Below are positions 55,064 to 64,000 of a stretch of 64,000 nucleotides of DNA, piece by piece. How positions within the stretch are numbered: the stretch's first letter is position 1; each line of letters starts with the position of its first letter. The position numbers and the translations under genes were made by a program. Location: positions 105,405-169,404 of the forward strand of contig CAVVPW010000001.1 of NCBI GenBank assembly GCA_963750235.1, read 5' to 3'. A model generated the notes under the pieces. The model had not been told where the DNA came from and did not search any database. It saw only the letters and a list, made by a program, of their open reading frames with translations. Source of the DNA: an uncultured Alphaproteobacteria bacterium (GTDB taxonomy: Bacteria > Pseudomonadota > Alphaproteobacteria > Acetobacterales > Acetobacteraceae).

Positions 55064-55405
55064 ATGAGTCAGACCGACAAGATCGCCTACAAAATCCTCA
55101 CCCCGGAGCAGTTCGCCGCCCTGGTTGAGGACCGCTTCTCGGGCGCGCCGGTGGACATCGCGGATGGCTACATCCACCTTTCCACCGCGGCGCAGTTGGA
55201 CGAGACCCTGCGCAAGCATTTCCACGGGCAGGATGACCTTGTCATCGCCGCCATCGATCTGACCTCGCTGGGCGGCACGCTGAATTGGGAGGTTTCACGC
55301 GGCGGGCAGCTGTTCCCGCATGTTTATGGTCCGCTGCGCCACGCGCATGTGCTGGCGCATGGGCCGCTCATCTGGGAGAACGGCTCGGCCAAGCTGCCGG
55401 GCTAA
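55064..55405 (+). CDS. DUF952 family protein
   Basis: AYKIL, VDIADGYIHLST, WEVSRGGQLFPHVYG. Confidence 0.85.
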   Translation: MSQTDKIAYKILTPEQFAALVEDRFSGAPVDIADGYIHLSTAAQLDETLRKHFHGQDDLVIAAIDLTSLGGTLNWEVSRGGQLFPHVYGPLRHAHVLAHGPLIWENGSAKLPG

Positions 55406-56301
55406 CTGCAAGCCTGCACCACCAGCGGCGCCATCGCGCGGTACTCGGCGCTGCGCGGGCTGCCCGGACGCCAGGCCATCGCCAATGTGCGCCAGCCGCC
55501 AGCACCTTCCAGCCGGCGCAGTTCCACCCCCGTACCTTCCGTGAGCCCCGCCGCCACCGCCAAGCGCGGCACCAGCGTCACCCCCAGCCCGCCCGCCACC
55601 ATCTGGATAAGCGTATGCAGCGAGGTGGCGGCGAATTTCTGCTCCCGCCCCACGCCGGCGTTGCACACGGCCAGCACCTGGTCGCGCAGGCAATGCCCGT
55701 CCTCCAGCAGCAGGAAGTTCTCAGCGCTCAGCGCCGCCACGGGAACGCTCTCACGCGCCGCCAGCGGATGCCCGGGCGGGAGCGCGGCCAGAAACTCATC
55801 CCGCGCCAGGGGGAATGTCTCCGCCCCGCCGCAGGCGCAGGGCTCGGCGAGCAGCAGCAGGTCCAGCATCCCGTCGTCCAGCTGCTCCAGCAGCCGCTCG
55901 GTCTGGTCCTCGCGCAGGAACAGCTTCAGCGCCGGAAATCCCTGGCGCAAAGCTGGCATCAGCCTGGGCAGCAGGAACGGCCCGATGGTCGGGATGATGC
56001 CCAGCCGCAACGGGCCGGACATCGGCGCCCGCGCGGCATCCGCCGTCTCGGCCACGGCGGCGATGGCCGCCAGAGCCGCCCGCGCCTTGCTCACCAGCTC
56101 CAGCCCCAACGAGGTGAACACGGCGTGCTTGGGCGCGGCACGGTCCAGGATCTGCGCGTCCAGCCCGCGCTCCAGCGCCAATATCCCGGCGGAGAGCGTG
56201 GATTGCGACACCGCGCAGGCCGAGGCGGCGCGGCCGAAATGTCCGGTTTCGGCGAGCATCACCAGATAGCGGAGCTGCTGCGGTGTCGGCAGATAGGCCA
56301 T
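55402..56301 (-). CDS. oxyR: H2O2-inducible LysR regulator OxyR
   Basis: LysR HTH; LLEDGHCLRDQVLAVC with both redox cysteines; FAATSLHTL. Confidence 0.93.
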   Translation of the reverse strand: MAYLPTPQQLRYLVMLAETGHFGRAASACAVSQSTLSAGILALERGLDAQILDRAAPKHAVFTSLGLELVSKARAALAAIAAVAETADAARAPMSGPLRLGIIPTIGPFLLPRLMPALRQGFPALKLFLREDQTERLLEQLDDGMLDLLLLAEPCACGGAETFPLARDEFLAALPPGHPLAARESVPVAALSAENFLLLEDGHCLRDQVLAVCNAGVGREQKFAATSLHTLIQMVAGGLGVTLVPRLAVAAGLTEGTGVELRRLEGAGGWRTLAMAWRPGSPRSAEYRAMAPLVVQACS

Positions 56302-57879
56302 TTACGCGGCTACGGCCTCGGCGGGCACCTGGCGGATCAGATAGTCGAAGGCAGAGAGCGCGGCCTTCGCGCCCTCGCCCGCGGCAACGATGATCTGCTT
56401 GTACGGCACCGTCGTCGCGTCACCGGCGGCGAAAATCCCGGGCACCGAGGTCTCGCCACGGGAGTCGATCTCGATCTCGCCGCGCGGGGTCAGTGCCAGC
56501 GTGCCCTTCAGCCATTCGCTGTTCGGCACCAGCCCGATCTGCACGAAGATGCCCTCCAGCGTCAGCCGTTGGATCTCACCGGTCGTGCGGTCCTCGTAGG
56601 ACAGGCCGACCACCTTCTCGCCATCGCCATGCACCTCGGTGGTCTTGGCGGAGACGATGATGCTGGCATTCGGCAGGCTCTTCAGCTTGGCCTGCAGCAC
56701 GGCATCGGCGCGCAGCTGGCTGTCGAATTCGATCAGCGTGACATGGCTGACGAGCCCGGCGAGGTCGATCGCCGCCTCGACGCCGGAATTGCCGCCGCCG
56801 ATCACCGCCACGCGCTTGCCCTTGAACAGCGGGCCATCGCAATGCGGGCAGTAGGCCACGCCCTTGTTGCGGTACTCATCCTCGCCCGGCACGTTCATCT
56901 GGCGCCAGCGGGCACCCGGGGAGAGCACCAGGGATTTTGCCTGCAGCACGGCACCACCGGCCACCTGGACCCCGAACAGCCCGCCCGGCTGGGCGGGCGG
57001 CACGATCTTCTCGGCGGTGTGGCCCTTCATGATGTCCACGTTGTATTCGCGGGTATGAGCCTCCAGGGCCGAGGCCAGCTTCGCGCCCTCGGTATGCGGC
57101 ACGGAGATGAAGTTCTCGATGCCCACCGTATCCAGCACCTGCCCGCCGAAACGCTCAGCCAGGATGCCGGTATGGATGCCCTTGCGCGCGGCGTAGATGG
57201 CGGCCGCCGCACCGGCCGGGCCAGCGCCCACCACCAGCACGTCGAACACGCCCTTGGCCTTCAGCTTCTCGGCATCGCGCGCGGCGGCCCCGGTATCCAC
57301 CTTGGCCAGGATCTGCTCCAGGCTCATCCGCCCCGAGTCGAATTCCGCGCCATTGAGGAACACGGTTGGTACCGCCATGACCTTGCGGGACTTTACCTCG
57401 GCCTGGAAGCTCGCGCCGTCGATGGCCGTGTGGGTGATGTGCGGGTTCAGGATCGCCATCAGGTTCAGCGCCTGCACCACATCCGGGCAACTCTGGCAGG
57501 ATTGCGAGAAATACGTCTCGAAATGGTAGTCTCCAGGCAGCGCCTTGATCTGTTCGATGATCTCCGGCTCCACCTTGGGCGGATGCCCGCCGGTCTGCAG
57601 GAGCGCCAGCACCAGCGAGGTGAATTCATGCCCCATCGGCAGCCCGGCGAAGCACACCCCGTGCGCGGCGCCCGCACGGCGGATCTCGAAGGAAGGGGCG
57701 CGCTTGTCGGTGCCGTCCAGGCGCACGGCGATTTTGTCGCATTGCTCGGCAATGTCGGTGAGCAGTCCACGCATTTCCTGGGCAAGCGCGGAGTCGTCCA
57801 GCGTCGCCACCAGCTCCAGCTTCACGGAAACGCGGGCGAGGTAGGCCTTCAACTGGCCCTTCAGGCTGTCGTCCAACAT
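56302..57879 (-). CDS. ahpF: Alkyl hydroperoxide reductase subunit F
   Basis: [32 protein letters not shown]; start refined to ATG 57879. Confidence 0.97.
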   Translation of the reverse strand: MLDDSLKGQLKAYLARVSVKLELVATLDDSALAQEMRGLLTDIAEQCDKIAVRLDGTDKRAPSFEIRRAGAAHGVCFAGLPMGHEFTSLVLALLQTGGHPPKVEPEIIEQIKALPGDYHFETYFSQSCQSCPDVVQALNLMAILNPHITHTAIDGASFQAEVKSRKVMAVPTVFLNGAEFDSGRMSLEQILAKVDTGAAARDAEKLKAKGVFDVLVVGAGPAGAAAAIYAARKGIHTGILAERFGGQVLDTVGIENFISVPHTEGAKLASALEAHTREYNVDIMKGHTAEKIVPPAQPGGLFGVQVAGGAVLQAKSLVLSPGARWRQMNVPGEDEYRNKGVAYCPHCDGPLFKGKRVAVIGGGNSGVEAAIDLAGLVSHVTLIEFDSQLRADAVLQAKLKSLPNASIIVSAKTTEVHGDGEKVVGLSYEDRTTGEIQRLTLEGIFVQIGLVPNSEWLKGTLALTPRGEIEIDSRGETSVPGIFAAGDATTVPYKQIIVAAGEGAKAALSAFDYLIRQVPAEAVAA

Positions 57880-58009
57880 ATCGGCTCCATATTTTTCAAA
57901 ATGCAGCGCGGCCTGCCAGGAAAGACGCACGAGGCCAGGGGGGCGCTTGAACGATTGTGCGGAGAGGTCCCCCGCCGGTCGCCCGGCGGGAGAGTGCAGC
58001 GGAAAACGC

Positions 58010-58573
58010 TTAGATCTTGCCGACCAGGTCGAGCGACGGCGCCAGGGTCTTCTCGCCCTCGTGCCACTTGGCGGGGCAGACCTCGCCCGGGTGAGCGGCG
58101 ACGTACTGCGCGGCCTTCACCTTGCGCAGCAGGTCGGAGGCGTCACGGCCAATGCCGCCGGCAGTGATTTCGACGGCCTGAATCACGCCGTGCGGGTCGA
58201 TCACGAAGGTGCCGCGGTCAGCCAGACCGGCAGCCTCGATCAGCACCTCGAAATTGCGGGAAATCGCGTGTGTCGGGTCGCCGACCATGAAGTAGTCGAT
58301 CTTCTTCACCGCCTCGGAGGTGTCGTGCCACGCCTTGTGGGAGAAATGCGTGTCGGTGGAAACGGCGTAGATCTCCACGCCCAGCTTCTGGAACTTGGCA
58401 TAGTTGTTGGCCAGGTCCTCGAGCTCGGTCGGGCAGACGAAGGTGAAGTCGGCCGGGTAGAAGAAGAAAACCGACCACTTGCCCTTGAGGTCGGCTTCCG
58501 TGACGGTGACGAACTTGCCGCTCTTGAACGCCTGCGCGGTGAAAGGCTTAACTTCCGTGTTGATCAGCGACAT
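58010..58573 (-). CDS. ahpC: Alkyl hydroperoxide reductase subunit C
   Basis: [27 protein letters not shown]. Confidence 0.98.
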   Translation of the reverse strand: MSLINTEVKPFTAQAFKSGKFVTVTEADLKGKWSVFFFYPADFTFVCPTELEDLANNYAKFQKLGVEIYAVSTDTHFSHKAWHDTSEAVKKIDYFMVGDPTHAISRNFEVLIEAAGLADRGTFVIDPHGVIQAVEITAGGIGRDASDLLRKVKAAQYVAAHPGEVCPAKWHEGEKTLAPSLDLVGKI

Positions 58574-58643
58574 AAATATACTTCTCCGAGTATGGTTGGG
58601 TCACAACGAGGGAGCTTCTAGCCGGTTTAGCTCAATCGGGGAA

Positions 58644-58680
58644 ATTGAATTTTTTTGACGATATGATCGAGCAGGGCGAT
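58644..58680 (-). promoter_or_regulatory. Probable OxyR operator upstream of ahpC
   Basis: Minus strand ATCG-N7-CGAT-N7-TCAA-N7-CAAT, 37 bp, 10/16 match to ATAG-N7-CTAT-N7-ATAG-N7-CTAT. Confidence 0.55.
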
Positions 58681-58922
58681 TAATATGGGCACGTCGGCTC
58701 CTATAATAGCATCAAAGCCATTTCGCTTTGCTTGTCAGCGTGAGCTTCTTTTTTTTACCCCTGACGGCTATTCGACAGACGTCTCTGGCTCACATGTATG
58801 CCTTCAGGCCGCAAATATGAGCGATATCGCAGGCGTTTACAATTCGAAGGGCGAGAAGGAATCTGGCTACGGTCCTGCAAGACTTTTTTCTAAGCGACGT
58901 TCCATGAAGTCCCCCTGAATCA

Positions 58923-58948
58923 AAAAGCCCGGCTTTCGCCGGGCTTTT
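58923..58948 (-). terminator. Intrinsic terminator of the sdh operon
   Basis: AAAAGCCCGGC/GCCGGGCTTTT stem just after the sdhB stop. Confidence 0.85.
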
Positions 58949-58968
58949 CGTAACAGACGCGCCGGAGC

Positions 58969-59751
58969 TTAGCCCTGGCGTTCCAGCATCAGCTGCTTGA
59001 TCTTGCCGATCGCCTGGGCCGGGTTCAGGCCCTTCGGGCAGGTCTGCGTGCAGTTCATGATGGTGTGGCAGCGATAGAGCTTGAACGGGTCCTCCAGGGC
59101 GTCCAGGCGCTTGCCGGTCGCCTCGTCACGGGAGTCCGCGATCCAGCGATAAGCCTGCAGCAGCACGGCCGGGCCGAGGTAGCGGTCGCCGTTCCACCAG
59201 TAGCTCGGGCAGGAGGTGGAGCAGCAGAAGCACAGGATGCACTCCCACAGACCGTCGATCTCGGCGCGCTCCTCCTTGGACTGGAGGCGCTCGGCGTCGG
59301 GCGGCGGGGCCGTATCTGCCTGCAGCCAGGGCTCGATGGAGCGCAGCTGAGCGTAGGGCTGGTTCAGGTCGGGCACCAGGTCCTTCACCACCGGCATGTG
59401 CGGCAGCGGGGTGATCTTCACCTCGCCCTCCACTTCAGCGATCGGCTTCAGGCAGGCCAGAGTGTTGGTCCCGTCGATGTTCATCGCGCAGGAGCCGCAG
59501 ATGCCCTCGCGGCAGGAGCGGCGGAAGGTGAGCGATGCGTCGATCTCGTTCTTGATCTTGATGATCGCGTCGAGAACCATCGGGCCGCACTTGTCGAGGT
59601 CGATCTCGTACGTGTCCATGACGGGGTTCTTTCCGTCATCCGGGTTCCAGCGATAAACCTTGAACGCCTTGACGCGCTTGGCGCCGGGTTCGGCCTTGTA
59701 GGTCTTGCCCTCGCCGATCTTCGAGTTCGCGGGCAGGGTAAATTCAGCCAT
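58969..59751 (-). CDS. sdhB: Succinate dehydrogenase iron-sulfur subunit
   Basis: [34 protein letters not shown]. Confidence 0.98.
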   Translation of the reverse strand: MAEFTLPANSKIGEGKTYKAEPGAKRVKAFKVYRWNPDDGKNPVMDTYEIDLDKCGPMVLDAIIKIKNEIDASLTFRRSCREGICGSCAMNIDGTNTLACLKPIAEVEGEVKITPLPHMPVVKDLVPDLNQPYAQLRSIEPWLQADTAPPPDAERLQSKEERAEIDGLWECILCFCCSTSCPSYWWNGDRYLGPAVLLQAYRWIADSRDEATGKRLDALEDPFKLYRCHTIMNCTQTCPKGLNPAQAIGKIKQLMLERQG

Positions 59752-59767
59752 GTCTTGCTCCCCTTCC

Positions 59768-61579
59768 TTAGTACACGCGCTTCTTCGGCGGGAACACGGA
59801 CACCTCGTTGGTGAGGGTCTGCATCTTCACCGGACGGTAGGTGAGCGTGACCTCACCATTCTCCGCGCAATGCGCGACGGTGTGCTTCATCCACTCATGG
59901 TCGTCACGCTCGGGGTAGTCGTCATGCGCCTGGGCGCCGCGGCTCTCCTTGCGGGCTTCCGCGCCGATCATGGTGCACATGGCGTTGCCCATCAGGTTCT
60001 GCAGCTCCAGCGCCTCGACAAGGTCGGAGTTCCAGATCAGCGAGCGGTCAGCCACCTTCATGTCCGGCATCGCGCCCCAGAGCTTGTGCATCTTCTCCAC
60101 GCCCTCGGTGAGGGACTTGGAGTTGCGGAACACGGCGGCATGAGCCTGCATGGTGCGCTGCAGCTGGTCGCGCAGCGCCGCCACCGGCGTGCCGCCATTG
60201 GCGTGGCGGGTCTTGTCGAAACGGTCCAGGCTGGCCTCACCCGCACCGGCCGGCAGCGGGGCCTGGGTGGCGCCCGCCTTCACGATCTCGGCGGCGCGGT
60301 GACCGGCGGCCCGTCCGAACACCACGAGGTCGAGCAGTGAGTTGGTGCCCAGGCGGTTGGCGCCATGCACCGAGACGCAAGCCGCCTCGCCCACAGCCAT
60401 CAGACCCGGCACCACGGCATCCGGGTTCTCCGGCGTCGGGCGCAGCACTTCCGCCTTATAGTTCGTCGGGATACCGCCCATATTGTAGTGCACGGTCGGC
60501 AGCACGGGGATCGGCTCCTTGGTCACATCCACGCCGGCGAAGACACGGGCGGTCTCGGAGATGCCCGGCAGGCGCTCGTGCAGGATGTCGGCGCCCAGAT
60601 GCTCCAGGTGCAGCAGGATGTGGTCCTTGTTCGGGCCGACGCCGCGGCCCTCGTTGATCTCGACGGTCATCGAGCGGGAGACGACGTCGCGCGAGGCCAG
60701 GTCCTTCGCCGTCGGCGCATAACGCTCCATGAAGCGCTCGCCCTCGGAGTTGGTGAGGTAGCCGCCCTCGCCCCGCGCACCCTCGGTGATAAGGCACCCA
60801 GCCGGGAAAATGCCGGTGGGGTGGAACTGCACGAATTCCATGTCCTGCATCGGCAGGCCGGCGCGGATCGCCATGCCCCCGCCATCGCCCGTGCAGGTAT
60901 GGGCGGAGGTGCAGGACTGGAAGGCGCGGCCATAACCGCCGGTGGCCAGAACCACCATCTGGGCGCGGAAGCGATGGATGGTGCCGTCTTCCAGGTTCCA
61001 GGCCATCACGCCGCGGCAGGCGCCTTCCTCGTCCATGATCAGGTCGAGCGCGAAGTATTCCACGAAGAACTCAACCTCGTGCTTCAGGCTCTGCTGGTAC
61101 AGCGTGTGCAGCATGGCGTGCCCGGTACGGTCGGCGGCGGCGCAGGCGCGCATGGCCGGTTCCTTGCCGTATTCCTTCATGTGGCCGCCGAACGGGCGCT
61201 GATAGATCTTGCCATCTTCCGTGCGGGAGAACGGCATGCCGTAATGCTCCAGCTCGTAGATCGCCGGCACCGCCTCGCGGCACATGTATTCGATGGCATC
61301 CTGGTCGCCCAGCCAATCCGACCCCTTCACGGTGTCGTACATGTGCCAGCGCCAGTTATCCTCGCCCATGTTGCCGAGCGAGGCACTGATACCACCCTGC
61401 GCCGCCACGGTGTGCGAGCGGGTGGGAAAAACCTTGGTCACGCAGGCGGTCTTGAGACCGGCAGCGCCCATGCCGAGGGTGGTGCGCAGGCCGGAACCGC
61501 CAGCGCCGACGACCACCACATCATAGGTATGGTCGATGATGTTGTAGGCGCCCAGAGAGGGTTTGGAGATCGCGTTCAT
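59768..61579 (-). CDS. sdhA: Succinate dehydrogenase flavoprotein subunit
   Basis: [34 protein letters not shown]. Confidence 0.98.
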   Translation of the reverse strand: MNAISKPSLGAYNIIDHTYDVVVVGAGGSGLRTTLGMGAAGLKTACVTKVFPTRSHTVAAQGGISASLGNMGEDNWRWHMYDTVKGSDWLGDQDAIEYMCREAVPAIYELEHYGMPFSRTEDGKIYQRPFGGHMKEYGKEPAMRACAAADRTGHAMLHTLYQQSLKHEVEFFVEYFALDLIMDEEGACRGVMAWNLEDGTIHRFRAQMVVLATGGYGRAFQSCTSAHTCTGDGGGMAIRAGLPMQDMEFVQFHPTGIFPAGCLITEGARGEGGYLTNSEGERFMERYAPTAKDLASRDVVSRSMTVEINEGRGVGPNKDHILLHLEHLGADILHERLPGISETARVFAGVDVTKEPIPVLPTVHYNMGGIPTNYKAEVLRPTPENPDAVVPGLMAVGEAACVSVHGANRLGTNSLLDLVVFGRAAGHRAAEIVKAGATQAPLPAGAGEASLDRFDKTRHANGGTPVAALRDQLQRTMQAHAAVFRNSKSLTEGVEKMHKLWGAMPDMKVADRSLIWNSDLVEALELQNLMGNAMCTMIGAEARKESRGAQAHDDYPERDDHEWMKHTVAHCAENGEVTLTYRPVKMQTLTNEVSVFPPKKRVY

Positions 61580-61594
61580 ATTCGCTGGATTCCG

Positions 61595-61999
61595 TTACGA
61601 GAAGGCGAGTTTAAGGACGGAGACGGCAGCGGCGAGGGCCAGGAACCAGACCCCGCCCTTGATGACCAGAAGCGTCAGGAGACGCTTCGCGTCATCGCGC
61701 ACATAGTCCTCGATCACGACCTGGAGGCCCATCGACACATGGGAAAACATCGCGAAGATGAGCAGCAGGAACAGCACGGCGTTCCAGGGGTCGGCCATGT
61801 AGGAGACCATGGCGCCATGGTCGGCGCCCTTCAGGATCAGCACGGAGACCACGAAGTACAGCGACAACGGCAGCAGCGCGACGGAGGTGGCGCGCTCGGC
61901 CCACCAATGCGCGGAGCCATGCTTGGCGGCACCCAGGCCGCGGGCGCGGCCCAGCGGGCTGCGCATGATATGGATGGAGGGGGAGGTATCCTTGCTCAT
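61595..61999 (-). CDS. sdhD: Succinate dehydrogenase membrane anchor
   Basis: GLGAAKHGSAHWW, HVSMGLQVVIEDYV; start refined to ATG 61999. Confidence 0.95.
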   Translation of the reverse strand: MSKDTSPSIHIMRSPLGRARGLGAAKHGSAHWWAERATSVALLPLSLYFVVSVLILKGADHGAMVSYMADPWNAVLFLLLIFAMFSHVSMGLQVVIEDYVRDDAKRLLTLLVIKGGVWFLALAAAVSVLKLAFS

Positions 62000-62004
62000 G
62001 TGCT

Positions 62005-62436
62005 TCACCCGACGAGGTAGGCAATGGCCCAGAAGGCCACGGTGAGAACGACGGCGGCGCCGATGACCAGCTTGCCGGTACGGTGCATGGTCGGCAGGTC
62101 GAAGCCCTTGCCGGCGTCCCAGGCCAGGTGCCGGATGCCGTTGCAGAAATGGTAGAACAGCGCCAGCGTGAAGCCGAACAGGACGAGCTGGCCGATCCAG
62201 GAGGCGAAAATGGCCTGGACCACGGAGAAGGCCGTGTCACCCGTCGCAGCGGAAACCAGCCAAGCCACCAGCAAAATAGTTCCGGCGCTCAAAGCGACGC
62301 CGGTGATGCGGTGGAAGATCGAGGTTGCGGAGGAAATTTGCGGCTTATACACCTGCAAATGCGGGGACAGCGGCCGGCGCACCAGCTTGCCCTCCGAGTT
62401 GCGCCCCACCATCAGGGCTTCGCGGACATCCTTCAT
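62005..62436 (-). CDS. sdhC: Succinate dehydrogenase cytochrome b556 subunit
   Basis: RPLSPHLQVY, SIFHRITG, HFCNGIRHL. Confidence 0.96.
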   Translation of the reverse strand: MKDVREALMVGRNSEGKLVRRPLSPHLQVYKPQISSATSIFHRITGVALSAGTILLVAWLVSAATGDTAFSVVQAIFASWIGQLVLFGFTLALFYHFCNGIRHLAWDAGKGFDLPTMHRTGKLVIGAAVVLTVAFWAIAYLVG

Positions 62437-62531
62437 CGGAAACCTTTCAATCCGGTCGTTTAAGCAATTTTGTGCAGGTGCTTAGTCCCGGGCACGGGCA
62501 CGGTCAACGCTTTGACCTCAATCCGTATAAC

Positions 62532-63242
62532 CTATTCGGGGGGCAGCCGAAACAACGTAACACTGCGTTGCAGGGTGTCCTCCAGCTCAAGGCTGGTGGG
62601 CACCTCGATGACCGCCAAGGTCTTGCCGCGGGCCGAGGGAAGGTATTTCCGGCCAGGATCCGCGATGATCACCGGAACCTGCCGCGCGCATGATGCGAGC
62701 CACGGGAGAATGTGCCGGGTCATCGGCGCTTCATAGCAGACATCCCCACAGAGAATGACATCCCACCGGCAGGGCGTGCCGACAACGTCTCCCAGGAGCA
62801 CCTCAAGCCCCAGTCCGTTGGCCGCGGCGTTCAGGCGCATGGCGGCGGCGGCCAGCTTGTCGATTTCCGCCGCCTCGACACGGGATGCGCCGGCGCGCAC
62901 GCAGGCAAGCGCCGCGAGCCCACAGCCGGCGGCGAAATCCAGCACGCGCTTGCCGCGCACGAGTTCAGGATTTTCGGTGATGTGCAGCGCCAGAGCCTCG
63001 GAGCCCGGCCAGGCGAAGGCCCAGAAGGGCGGCGCCATGTCATGCTGCTGCAAAAATTCTTCTGTCGCCTGCCAGAGCGGCGTTAGTTCAGTGGCGAGGT
63101 GCAGCTTGATATCCGGCACCAGGATTGCCGGAGCGAGTTTGGTATGAGCCTGGACAAAGGCCGCCGCATCCGCGAGCGGAGCAGGCACGGCCTGGGACAG
63201 GAAGGAACTCAGGCGAAATGGCCGATGCTCTCGACCGGGCAA
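62532..63242 (-). CDS. Class I SAM-dependent protein-lysine methyltransferase, METTL20-like; true start probably at or near GTG 63188
   Basis: PPFWAFAWPG, VLDFAAGCG, ILCGDVCY, IADPGRKY. Confidence 0.8.
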   Translation of the reverse strand: MPGREHRPFRLSSFLSQAVPAPLADAAAFVQAHTKLAPAILVPDIKLHLATELTPLWQATEEFLQQHDMAPPFWAFAWPGSEALALHITENPELVRGKRVLDFAAGCGLAALACVRAGASRVEAAEIDKLAAAAMRLNAAANGLGLEVLLGDVVGTPCRWDVILCGDVCYEAPMTRHILPWLASCARQVPVIIADPGRKYLPSARGKTLAVIEVPTSLELEDTLQRSVTLFRLPPE

Positions 63243-63457
63243 TTGAACACACGCACCGTGGAGCCATTAACCTCGGAAAGCTCGTCCAGCAGAGCCTCGA
63301 TGCCTTTGCGTTCCTCGGCCTGGAAGGCCCAGCGGCTGGCCACGGGCCAAAGGACGAGGGTCGCCTGCATGAACAGGGCGACGGTGCCCGAAACGGTCCG
63401 GCCATCGGCGAAGAAGACCGCGCAAGGCAGAAACTTAGCCAAATTGAAGGACTTCAT
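63209..63457 (-). CDS. Small membrane protein (82 aa), distantly YqaE/Pmp3-like
   Basis: AGGAG RBS 6 nt before ATG 63457; hydrophobic core; paralogous to the next ORF. Confidence 0.65.
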   Translation of the reverse strand: MKSFNLAKFLPCAVFFADGRTVSGTVALFMQATLVLWPVASRWAFQAEERKGIEALLDELSEVNGSTVRVFNCPVESIGHFA

Positions 63458-63775
63458 GGGAAACTCCTGAAACACCGGGTGATATTTGTCGCGCTAGCAA
63501 CCTTTCGTCAAGAATTTTAACGCTCAAAATGCCAGCGAAACGTTCACAAAATCGCGATGAAAACGGTTTTAAATCAACGCCTTTGCAGCGCAATTGATGC
63601 AAAAATTGGAACATCCGCCCCAAAATTCAGAGCTAGAAATTTGTTAGCAATGAGATAAAATCTACTGATTCTAAATAAAACCCGCCAATCATATGGCGTT
63701 AATGATTTTCCTTGCAGGGCGGTTTTTTGCCTTATTATTATTAAAATAAAGTAGAAAGACGAGACGAATATCGCT

Positions 63776-64000
63776 TTATGCAATTCCCTCTGACGCCGAG
63801 GCTCCAGAGAACGCCTTCGTGGCGTGGCCGTATTTTTCGCATGGCTGGTAAGCGTAGTTCACAGAAATTTGATCGAGCAGCACCTGAACGCGGCACTCAT
63901 GGCCCAACCCTCTCGCCCAGCGTACCGCCACCGGCCAAAACACAATGCTAAGTTGCATGGCCACCATCAAAAGTCCCAGGGTAACCCGGCCCGCGCGGAA
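63776..64000 (-). CDS. Small membrane protein paralog; 5' end lies beyond the window
   Basis: Open to the window edge: FRAGRVTLGLLMVAMQLSIVFWPVAVRWA...LLDQIS aligns with the 63209-63457 product. Confidence 0.65.
   Translation of the reverse strand, partial: FRAGRVTLGLLMVAMQLSIVFWPVAVRWARGLGHECRVQVLLDQISVNYAYQPCEKYGHATKAFSGASASEGIA

Noticed and set aside
58685-58918. 77-aa plus-strand ORF between ahpC and sdhB
   Set aside because: No RBS or recognisable domain, atypical codon usage, lies in the ahpC promoter region.

Overview
High-GC alphaproteobacterial chromosome segment. The gene repertoire and protein sequences resemble Acetobacteraceae, probably an Acidocella/Acidiphilium-type acidophile (inferred). 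It is mostly housekeeping: lolA-xth, prs-proC, eno, ilvD, cysD-cysNC-cysQ, lpxC, a full dcw cluster (mraZ to ftsZ) preceded by rnpB, 5-oxoprolinase, an AsmA-family gene, aroA-cmk, ahpC-ahpF-oxyR and sdhCDAB. One complete 2770-bp IS21-family element (1671-4440) splits a VOC/PhnB gene and carries a 6-bp target duplication. Main observations: (1) three single-base anomalies in the dcw operon (ftsA frameshift, murF frameshift, apparent MurE-MurF fusion) each sit in or next to a GANTC site once one base is removed, suggesting methylation-linked sequencing errors rather than biology; (2) a structured, AT-richer candidate RNA between lpxC and cysD; (3) a KirBac-type K+ channel cassette at the ftsZ-lpxC junction; (4) a mini acyl-CoA-ligase remnant; (5) a DUF6976/FIST-like orphan; (6) two tandem paralogous small membrane proteins at the right edge. 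I found no CRISPR array, tRNA or rRNA, and no complete novel multi-gene system that I can support. All family assignments are from motif recognition and memory, not from database searches.
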